Source: Tubiluchus corallicola
Lineage: Eukaryota > Animalia > Priapulida
Reading direction: 5' to 3'
Assembly: GCA_030141605.1 (NCBI GenBank)
Contig: JAQGDQ010000042.1
Location: 310,001-373,746 of the forward strand
DNA length: 63,746 nucleotides
The notes beneath the pieces were generated by a model. The model did no database searches. It saw only the letters and a list, made by a program, of their open reading frames with translations, and was not told where the DNA came from. This document shows positions 52,184 through 63,746 of this stretch, piece after piece (within the stretch, counting starts at the first letter, position 1; every line of letters starts with the position of its first letter). The translations under genes were made by a program, and so were the position numbers.

Positions 52184-55100
52184 AACGTTAAATTCATGGT
52201 GCCATTTTGCATTTCTTTACCTATTCAAAAATACCATGTGTGCCAACAAATATGAATGAATGACGCTTCAGTAGAAAAAGCTGAGAGTTGGTAAATGGGA
52301 ATGATAATAGTAATAATATTTGTTTGTTTTATACTCATTTGTGATCATAATATTTATAAACAAATCAGACCAAAGACCAACACTGCCATGTTAAAGAAGA
52401 CTAGAGTGTAGTATTGTTGTATTGTATCTTAGAGTAATTTTTAGCAAATGTGCCAGTTTTGTATATATCATGAAAACCTTACTTATGTAATAGCATTTTG
52501 CTGCTTTGTCAAAGTGTTCTGCAGCAGCTTCTCTTCAAGGTCAGCTGTTTACTAGTGCCCTAAGCTTAATAATGGTCCATATGTGATAAATTTGCACTTT
52601 GAAAAATTCCGCTGAGGCAAATTAACGTTATTGAGAGGTTTGAGGCGGTGTCTTAACGTTTTAACTGCCTGGTAAGAGGTGCATTGTTGGCTAGATAAAC
52701 ATATTATAAGCGTTTCGCAAAAGCCTACCATCTTACTTTGCTAGTATAGTGTGCTATACCTGTGTGTCATGTGATAGATAATTAAATAATCTCTTGTTTT
52801 GGCTTCATTTGTTTAGTTGTTTGCGACATATTAAACCGTTTTATACACTTAAAATATGATTGCCTCCTTAAAACTGCTCCCCAGTTTGAATGTTTTTGCT
52901 TTGTAAAACTTAAATTCACAGCGCGCTTCATGCTAATGGCGACGTAACAAGGTAAACCTGTGATTTTTTTACTTTTGTTAATATGAAAACGTATAGAATT
53001 ATTATTGCCCTCTAGGTTTCATCATACATTGTTTGTATATAAGCTTTCATAGTTGTCGTAATGTTTACGTTACGTCGCAACAATGCACGATGTGAGAAGC
53101 TTTAATAAGTTACTAGCCAGCTGTGTAAGCTCCACAAGTTTTGCAGAGAGTGCGCTGTTTAGCAGACGTAAGCATGCAGCTATATTGAATTTAAAGAAAT
53201 AAACATTAATCATTGTTTTTAAGATTCTAGTGGATCCATTTATTGCCGTTGAGCGTTTTTCCCTGGAGTAATGAAATCATGCGTTGATTTTTTTGTTGTT
53301 GTTGTTGTTGCTAAAGCTGCAGCTGTTAATAAGTTGCTACGTGCTGCCGCCTATTGGAACATTAAGAAGTTATTCAGCCAGTTAGCAGCTTAAGTAAAAT
53401 GTGTGTACCTCTTTATTAGAACAGTTAACACAGCAATTTACGCTTGTTGCGTTATATTCTAGATTAGAAAAAGGTTTATTTTGAAAGAAGTTGTCTTGTC
53501 TTCTCACAATATCTGTCATCTACCTCCAATTACTTTACCTCTCCTGGATTTTTTCTTATTTTGTTTCATTATACTGTTTCCTGTAACCCAGTATTAGCGT
53601 TTGTAAATAGATTAATTAATTATTGTTATTTTTGATCATGTGACAATCATGTGAATGTTTTTTGGTAATATGTTTTCCAAACGAAAAGTGTGTAAGAGTG
53701 AGCTCGTGTATGAGATGCTTACTTCTATTATGCACATTTCGTAAAAAATGATTATGTAAAAAGTAGTGACTGTGACTGTAAATTTGAGCTCTCTTATAGT
53801 AGACTATAAGGTTAAATAATTATTACTAGTAATCGATTATTGAATTATTGAAATCAACAATGAAATTTTTATTGTTCAATAAAAAATCGAGAAACTAATG
53901 ATTGTTTTTTACTACATACTGGTTGATGGAATTATAGTCTCTCGTAGTTTTTGGCTGACAGGTTGCTGCCCCCTACGAACAAACTACGAGCTGCTGATTG
54001 TTTTGTAACAAAAGCAAGTTAAACAATGAAAGTTATTCGATGCCCCAAAAACAATGAATCAATGAATGTGTTGCCGTTGCCATAGCCACCATCGACCTCG
54101 TCGTTGTTGATGATGTTGTCATTATTATGACGGTAATTTTCTTGTAATGAAAATTTTATAGTGAAATTCACACGTCGGAGGTCGGCCTTTGCCTTCTTTA
54201 TCTGGAATAAAGTAGCCTTCTTTACCTAGTTTAAATAGAACTATGTTTTTTAGAAATCTACATAAAAATATTGCATCATTTATATTTTAAAATAAAAATG
54301 TCTGCACGATGGCTGTAGATTTTTTAGATGGCAGTAAAGAGTAAACACCGATAAAGGTGCACAATTACTATTTTGCAGTTTATAAATAAAAAAATTATTT
54401 ACCCAGTTTAGTTCAGAATCCTAAAGGAATTAAAATAATTAAGATTATAATAATTTCTAAATACAATGTGGTAAATTCAGTAATTAAAACAAAGGACTTG
54501 TGGCTGCATTGATTCTAAAAATTTATTACACGAACTGCATTATAGTAAAAAAAACTTGCTGTGATGAAAATATGCACATTGTGATAATTAACTATAAAAA
54601 ATTTCTTAGCGTGAAACAAAAAATTTGTATCATGATAGCAAGCTTGCATACTAGCAAATCTATAATATGTCCGTTATGTCTTAATTATGTAAATATCTGT
54701 TTTGCAATAATAAAACGAAAAGGACTTCAATTTCTCAAATGCCTTGACGAACATTAACCACTAAATAAGTAGTGAAATTGCGTAAATTTTTCGAAAAGCA
54801 CAACATGTTGTGCAAGCACCATTACCAACACACCATAAGCCCATGATACAGAGAAGTAAGATAAGATACAAGAGATATTCTGGATAATAACATGACGTTC
54901 ACAGAAACAGCATCATAACTATGTCTATAAGCTTTAAAGCAATAGTAGGATGCAAAGAGCGCACAAAAATAATCAAATATCAAAAAATGATTACAGAGTA
55001 AATTTATGCATAGGAATTTGTATGTATTCACGAAGTTCATAAGTAAAAAACGAATTTTTACAACTAATCTCAGCTAAATCTCAACAAACAATAAAACAGG

Positions 55101-55630
55101 CTGCTCTATTATCACTGAACTACATATAAACTACAATGGAAATGCTACACAACTATAACAAACCAATATTACTGCTATTATTACTGATGTATAAAATAAG
55201 GCGTCTGTAAGCTTTCCAAGCCACATGTTCTAATTTTATGGTACCTTTGCCAAATTTTGGCCAATTCCCTTTTGTGATTTTCTGTCATAATTGTGAACTA
55301 CAAAAGATAAATACAATGAAAAATATTTTCAATCTTTACAAGCCGAAATATAAAAGAACAAGGTTTATGCACTAGGCCTACCACATATCCAAGCAGTTTA
55401 ACAGTGTACTAGCATATAGGTCAATCATATTAGTTGTAGTAGTCTATAATATACAACCATAGCACGCAAGCGACCACCACCAGAGCATGTTTGGCAGTGA
55501 TGTTAGACAATTAAACTAAGCACTCCAATATGGACCACCTTCCATTACAGTCATCAGCCTTATGTGGGTTTCCATACACAGTAGCCAAACAAGTTACTGA
55601 CTATCACAAAATGTGACATCAGCAAGATGT

Positions 55631-58600
55631 CTAAAACATTGCGTAAAGAAAAGCTGCAATAGACATCGTCAGAGCCACAGAATGTTGGAAATTAATATTG
55701 ACTGCTCCGTTGCATAGGTCTCCTTTGCAGTGACACTTATGCATAGTTACGCCCTCCTTTTCCTCCGTTTCACAGCCCTCCTCCATGCGCTCTGTCAAGC
55801 ATCCTCTTGTCACACTCTGCGAATCTGTTAAAAGAAAATGAATTACACCCTCAAAAAAGAGTCAATTACACAAATAATTATTTGAATGAAGTCACACATA
55901 GCTTAGTAACATTAAATGAGTCAATGGATGGATGGATGGATGGATGGATGGATGGATGGATGGATGGATGGATGGATGGATGGATGGATGGATGGATGGA
56001 TGGATGGATGGGTGGGTGGATGGCTGGATGGATGGATGGATGGATGGATGGATGGATGGATGATGGACGGACGGACGGACGGACGGACGGATGGATATAT
56101 ACATACATCTACATAAGTAGGTAAGTAGATAGGTAGGTAGGGAGCTATGTCGGCAGGCAGGCAGAAAAGTGTACAGACAGACATATAAACCAGTTTTATC
56201 TCAGTTTCACCATTGTCTAAACCCCTACCCCAGTTGTCCTCCCTGCAAGTTTCGTGAGCTACTTATTATAGCTTCAGAGCATTTTGTCTCGTATCTCGGG
56301 TCCTTAAAGAATCATAGCTTTCTAAAAGCCCAGGTACACGCATACAGCACGTTACCTAAATACTTATGAAAAAGAGTTTGAATTTGAATTTAACTCAAAG
56401 CCCTGTGAGGAGTTGAATAGCAATCGAAAAACTGATCGATGTCGATCCAGTGTGTTTGGCCCTCTGACCAAGGTCATCATTCATCGCAACGCTTTTAAAG
56501 CCGCTATCCATTTGCAGTGCAAGTTTCTTGACTCTAGACGTCTGCGCTTGCGATTTAACAAAAATTAAAAAGTGGAAAAACTGGATGACTAACATAATGA
56601 AATAATGAAAAATCAGGGCTCTGAGGTCGGCGACGCTAGCACTCATGAAAAAACATGTTAGTGTAACAACAAATGCATGACATCTTCAATAGAACAGGAA
56701 TTACACAACTGACATAATAATATTATTAAGTGATTATCTTATTAATTACATAACTAATAACATAAGTATTATCAACGTACTTTTGTAAGGATATTACAAA
56801 TAAAGTATCCTTTTTACATTTTCCGTCACCGGTTTTGTGAATTGTGTAATTAATAAAAAAAATACAAAAATTACCTTCAGTAGCGGTTTTGTACTTGTAA
56901 CAGCCGTAATCTTTAGTACACTCATCAATCACTTTCTTGTTGTCCGCCATTTTCTTCTCAAAGTCTTCATCGTCATCTACACATTTCTCAGTGAGTTCTG
57001 ATTCTTTAGTGCCAACTATTTTACCTGCGTGGAAAGAGATATGTAACCAATGCAGTTGTAGGTTATTTTATGCAGAAATACCACTTCATACTGCCAAGTA
57101 ACGAATTTTTCATGTATTGGAAGAACATTAAAAAAGCAGAGAATTTTGGTGATGGCTAAGTCCAAGAATAATAAACAGAATAACAGGCTCAGCAGAGAAA
57201 TACTTGAGCAACTATTGCTCCCAGTTTCAAATGATATGATGATTAGGCGTTCTTATTGGGACGTAGGTAACGTAAAACGTTATTTTATTATCCAACTTTT
57301 AACAATAGCTGGTAACTGGTTATTATCCAAAAGGTTAACAATAAAAATACTTACTAAACGCATCGGCCACCTTTGCCAGACCTTTTGTGCCAGGAGAATA
57401 TGTACAGCTATAGCACTGAAGTGCAAATGCTAAAAAATAAAAGAAATTATTTAATAAGAGAAAGGCAGAAAACAACCTAGATTTGAACTAGAGGCCTTCT
57501 GCTTACAGGGCATGCACGCAGGGGCCATTGCCACTAGACTAGATTACTATATTTCCAGCGACATTGGCAGTCCATGTTCATCCCGTACATAGCTGGTCAA
57601 CAAGTTGGGTAAATGTTAGATCGCTCAAGCACGAGGTAAAGATATCCTTCATAAAAGTATGACATTTTCACATTTTCAATTGATAAGTGACAACACTACT
57701 GTAATAGTGAAAATGCGAAAATATTTAGACTCGTTGTAAACATTTATAGTTGAAGTTTTGAAACAAGATAGCAAAAAGTCCTACTTCCTAAAGTACATGG
57801 TGTCTCGTTCTAACTATATTATTTGTGTGGAAATTGAATTTCGTGCGAGATCTTAGACGCATTATTCCAACTTGCGAGATAACAGCTCTGGTGGTTGGGT
57901 GGGAGGGGTACAGAAAAGGTTTTCTTGCCCATGCAACAATTTTACAACTGATTCGTAGATTCTCACCATGTAAGAGTATCAAGCGCAGATAAAACAGGAA
58001 GGACAATATAAATACAAAAACAAATGAAATAAAGAAATGCTGTGCAAAATTGGTAATTAGTGAGGATCCAACGCTCATCATGGGTCATAGTAACTAGAGC
58101 GGCCTATGAAACAAAACTTAAAACTACAACACACTCTACACAAATGTTGATGTAAATTATTGACTAATATACACTAAAGAAAAACTAAGTAACAACCATT
58201 AACACTCTAGTTGAGAATTAAATATAAAATATTATGTCAGTTTTGATTAACATTTGTGTAATATGTATTGTCATTTTAACTTTTGTTTCGTAAGTCGTTT
58301 TGGTTATTACGACCGAAGATGAGTCGATGGATAAGCTCGAAAAGAAGACGTGGATTATACGCTTTCGTTTGTGTATTTATTTTTGATTAGACTGCGCTTC
58401 CCATGCAATAAAAGTTTGTTTGAAATAGTGAGTAAATGGAAATTAGCAAAATAATAAATGTTTCACAGTTTCTTAATTGCTTACTTTAAATACATTTGAT
58501 GACGTTAGACCTGAGCTACATTAAAGTGTTTTGAGTCTTAAAGTATACTTTTGAAATTTGAATACGAGTACTTTACTTTCATTCTCAGCACTAAAATCGT

Positions 58601-58843
58601 CTCTTCGTCGACTGTGTTTCACGTTTATGCATCGATGTGGCGGTTAAACACGCAGCTCTATAAACCATTTTCTCTCATTCCCTCGCCAAACTCAATAAAC
58701 GGTTTCAAGAGAACTACAGCAGAACTAGTTAACTGAATTCTGCTTAGATCAATAGGTTCCTGCTAACTTCAGCTAGAGCCATGCCCTGGACAAACGTGAA
58801 AGTTGAAGCTTTCACAGGCTTCGCGACTGCAAACATTCCTGAA

Positions 58844-58902
<59 letters not shown>

Positions 58903-60906
58903 CACGAAGTCTTTTAGTTATCACTTCTGATTTGGATGGTCATGTGTTCTGTCAATTTACTGCTATAATGCGCAGCGCACGTAAATGAACTCCTCTCTCC
59001 CACCCCCTCTCTTCCTCTCTGAAATCGTTTGAAGACGCTACTTCTTCAATCTTTATGATGACGTGTGTTACGAGAGCACATCCTTAACATTCTTGTTTGA
59101 TACACAAATTTGAGCCTGCGATTTTATCTTCAGATTCACATGATTTGGATTTATTACTACCATTTTATTTTGATTTCACGTAATTATTTATGTCCACACA
59201 TTTTATATTTGGCTTTGAGATAAACTTTAGCCAAGCTGTATGACTGAAATTGCTCAAATTACTCAAATCGCTATTACTAAACTTGTGAGGACGTAATATT
59301 TTAGCAGATTTAATTTGAGTTCGTAAAGATTTTATATTTGGTACTATAGCGTACTAAAAAGCAATAATAAAAAATCAGTTAATCGATATGTTTCTTACAA
59401 ATGTCCTAACAGCAAAAATATGACTTACTGATGCAGGAACCAATAATGTTACAAATATATATAAATCCAAATTTTATCACACAGTAAGATATGGAAAATC
59501 TGGAAATCAACGTAATCTCATGATCCAGGAAAATAATGGGTTACTAAATCAAATATTAACAGTTGTTTTGTTTTTGACATTTAGTCATGATTTCTTTATG
59601 ATTGCGACTGCTCCTAACATTAGTCTCAAACATGATCAACTCATTTAACATTAATAGTTCATTTATTCAATCGATCGTCTTATTTAGCTTGAGCCGGAAT
59701 ATTTATAATAATAATAACAAATCTTTATTAAAAAGGGACATATATAAAAAAGGTGCCTCTTTTTGCAGGCTCAGATCAACAATTTACATTTTCATATAAC
59801 AAATGTTTTAAATATTTCCAGTTTCACACTATGTACAACAAATAACAAATAATACCCTTATCATATTTAATTTCAAATGATTCACAAGTATTATATACAT
59901 GAATTAACTTTATACACATACATAATTTACTAATGTATACTCGAGCGGGTCTAAATTAACAATTATTTAGTATAAAACTATCTCTGATCAGGTTAGTAAA
60001 AGACATTATTAAATTTTTATCAGATTCAAGCAAAATATTACCTGCATAACACTCATCAACTATTTCTATAAAACGCATTCTTTTAGTGTTATCTACTTTA
60101 CTACATCTGAATAAAATGTGCTGAGGAGTTTGCTTTTCTTCTCCACATGGGCATAAGCTAGTATCGCACATATTAAGTCAATACAAAATGCTATTAAAAT
60201 TCCCCTAGCCAGTTAAAAAAGACGTGGCAATTGAGCCGGAAGGCTTGCATCAAACGCGACGCTATAGGAATGACTCAAAAGCGGCTCCCGTGTTGAAATA
60301 ATTTGATACTCCAAACATTTTTTCAGACTACATTGAACGAGAATAGCTGTTATAGTCTGTGATGCGAGGCATTTGAAGCCTGGGACTTGGCTAAACCCAG
60401 TTTTTGCTAATAATATAGCCAGTACACCAGCAACCAGTTTATAGCTACTGTGTGCAAATTCAACTAAATCCTGGAATATTGACTCCTTAAAATTACATTC
60501 AGACTCATATAAACTCATCATTACATCACTAAACATTGCTGCTATGGGATTCAATATAGTACAATTAAAGCTACATACGATGCAAGCATTTGACTGTTAT
60601 GTGTGTTTAAAGCATTAATTATATATGTGTGTTTTAAGCTTATGCGCATTGTGTACGCATACAGTGTAAGATAATAATTATGACAAATTCTAATTATAGG
60701 CAATACACAATTACATCATTATGCTGCGAAGAATAGCATTAATCAAGTAAAAAACTGTGTTTCGTACCCTAAATATAGTCATATATAAATGTAGAATCAT
60801 GTAATTTCAATAATACACAACAATGTGCGAGTTTCTCTCAAAAGAATGCATACTTACCAACACTTAGGTACGTAATACCAATTAGTAATACACCAAGCAG
60901 CTTCAT
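55631..60906 (-). CDS. Second Ly6/uPAR three-finger protein, GPI-anchor type, ~155 aa
   Basis: Exons 60906-60858, 57429-57355, 57024-56875 and 55824-55631, all GT-AG, phase 1. [155 protein letters not shown]. It has 10 Cys, a signal peptide and a hydrophobic tail. Confidence 0.9.
55924..56170. repeat. (GGAT)n/(GGAC)n tetranucleotide microsatellite
   Basis: Directly visible. Confidence 0.96.
58847..58900. repeat. (CT)n microsatellite
   Basis: Directly visible. Confidence 0.95.
59703..60550 (-). mobile_element. Decayed, 5'-truncated non-LTR retrotransposon 3' end (R1/I-like C-terminal zinc knuckle)
   Basis: The minus frame reads [38 protein letters not shown], matching the TGHG...CxCG...QTxxHxLxxC motif with two stops. 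The 3' end is AATAAAGATTTG(TTA)n at ~59730-59703. The 5' limit is approximate. Confidence 0.7.
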
Positions 60907-61420
60907 GTTGCTTTAGCAATGGTATGAGTCCTCCTGAAACTAGAAAAATTAACTTTATTACTAACTGACACCAGCTTGAAAACTTTCATGCCACGATGTG
61001 AAACTACATGTATAATAAGGTTGTCAGTTCTTCATTAAAATCACCGACTCGTAAACAACTAAAACAAGTTTTACATTACGTTCTATAATTATATAGCACA
61101 AAGGCACTTTGTATTTACTGCAAATCTTTAAGTCGCTATTATAGAATTTCGTTGTGGAGTTTAAACTTTTTAAGCTAAATCTTTTGCATTAGCGGATCAC
61201 ATCAGATCCAAATCCATCATATGACGCATCCCCTTGAAAATAGATGGATTTCATAATTTTTATTATTCAAACGCCCAAAAGGACGCTTCACGGTTTCCAG
61301 ATAGTTTTAACGTTTCATTTCCATTTACTGTCTGATACTATTCGATGTTCAATAGTGGAACTAAGCGCCTTGAAACATATTGTGTAAGACGCTTAATGAA
61401 AATAAATTTATTATTATTAC

Positions 61421-62301
<881 letters not shown>

Positions 62302-63259
62302 TGCATTTTATTCGCATCTAAAATCGATGCAGTGTATGTACGACAAGTATATGTAATTTTATAATATAGATATGTATTCAAAGGTAAGAGTTAGAAATAT
62401 TACAAAGAGATCAGTATGCTACATGTAGTAGTTTCTTACAAGGTCGTAAAAAGATTACGTTTTACATTGTGATTAAAGTACAGAGCGCAACCATATTTCA
62501 ACCTTAAGTTAAAATCACTGTAATTAATAAGATGCGACAATTTTGATATAAGTATGTGATTCGAATTTTGTGTTTTTCTTAAAAAGTTAAAATTGTTATC
62601 TTGTTTCAGTCGAAATGGCATTTCATAAGTTGTAGTCTTCTGGAAATTTATTCACAGTAGCGTTGCCATAGCAAAAACTGGTTTCTGTTTTAATTTCAGT
62701 TAACTGAAAAAAGGATCCAAATCACAAGCCAACAATAAAATTTTAAATGCCATCATAAAGAACCATAACACAACTGGTCAACCAAGATATAAATGAGCTA
62801 TGGACAATGGTTAATCCCATGGGAGTCTTTGCTGCCATATTGGAGAAGCACAATTTTCACCCACCTGAACCCAGGTAAAGTTTCTGCCTGTACTTGTGGA
62901 ACCCACGTTACATACAAGCTTTTTTCCTGTGTTTGCCTCAAACAAACTACCATTATCACGCCACATTTTCCACCACTCCTCTTCACTGCTTACCCACTTT
63001 GTTTCTATCCACCACTGCAACAGCATCTACCATTGTGCTGTTCAACCACTTTCTCCATCCACCAGTATCCACCATCCCCACAACAATGCTCAACTACCTT
63101 TTATATCCACTACTGCAGTAGCATCCAGAGTTGTACTCCTCAGCCACCTTTTTTTTATCCATTACTGCAACGACATCCACGACTCGAAAAGCTCAACCTC
63201 ATTTCCTAGCTATCACTGCAACAGCATTCCACAACACTGCTTAACCTCCTCTCTTATTC

Positions 63260-63746
63260 GCAACTGCAACAGCCTCCACAACCTCACTGTTCTCTACTGC
63301 TCATCTACCTTTCCGACTTTCCGATCCACAACTGCAACAACCTCCACAGCTTCACTGCTCTCTACTGCTCATCTACCTTTCCGATCCACAACTGCAACAG
63401 CCTCCACAACCTCACTGCTCTCTACTGCTCATCTACCTTTCCGATCCACAACTGCAACAGCCTCCACAACCTCACTGCTCTCTACTGCTCATCTACCTTT
63501 CCGATCCACAACTGCAACAGCCTCCACAGCTTCACTGCTCTCTACTGCTCATCTACCTTTCCGATCCACAACTGCAACAGCCTCCACAGCCTCACTGCTC
63601 TCTACTGCTCATCTACCTTTCCGATCCACAACTGCAACAGCCTCCACAACCTCACTGCTCTCTACTGCTCATCTACCTTTCCGATCCACAACTGCAACAG
63701 CCTCCACAACCTCACTGCTCTCTACTGCTCATCTACCTTTCCGATC
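63260..63746. repeat. 60-bp minisatellite, at least 8 copies, running off the window end; degenerate related sequence from ~62950
   Basis: Unit CCGATCCACAACTGCAACAGCCTCCACA(A/G)C(C/T)TCACTGCTCTCTACTGCTCATCTACCTTT; consecutive 60-nt lines are almost identical. Confidence 0.97.

Noticed and set aside
55807-56184. (MDGW)n/(HPSI)n ORFs
   Set aside because: Translations of the (GGAT)n microsatellite in a Ly6 intron.

Overview
AT-rich, intron-rich animal genomic DNA. An invertebrate, probably lophotrochozoan, origin is inferred from the 5S-like sequence and the nuclear-receptor type; there are no prokaryotic features. Five spliced genes can be assembled by hand. (1) The 3' part (domains III-IV and C-terminus) of a Nav1/para-type voltage-gated sodium channel (+, 642-10200). 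It has tandem, probably mutually exclusive 123-nt DIII S3-S4 exons and an intron that can be read as AT-AC or as a 4-nt-shifted GT-AG. (2) A GPI-type Ly6/three-finger gene lying tail-to-tail with the channel (-, 15642-18921). (3) A 7-exon coiled-coil gene of unrecognised family lying head-to-head with that Ly6 gene (+, 19882-26119). (4) An NR1-type nuclear receptor (+, 47770-51943) with a GC-AG intron and no recognisable AF-2 helix. It is preceded by ~21 kb of non-coding DNA containing two dense clusters of GGTCA half-sites. (5) A second Ly6/three-finger gene (-, 55631-60906). Repeats include a 5S rRNA-headed SINE with an RTE-like body and a CAA/CAG tail, Harbinger- and hAT-like MITEs, a decayed LINE 3' end, three minisatellites (38, 29 and 60 bp) and many microsatellites. 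All exon models are by eye from splice signals, frame continuity and recalled family motifs; no searches were run.
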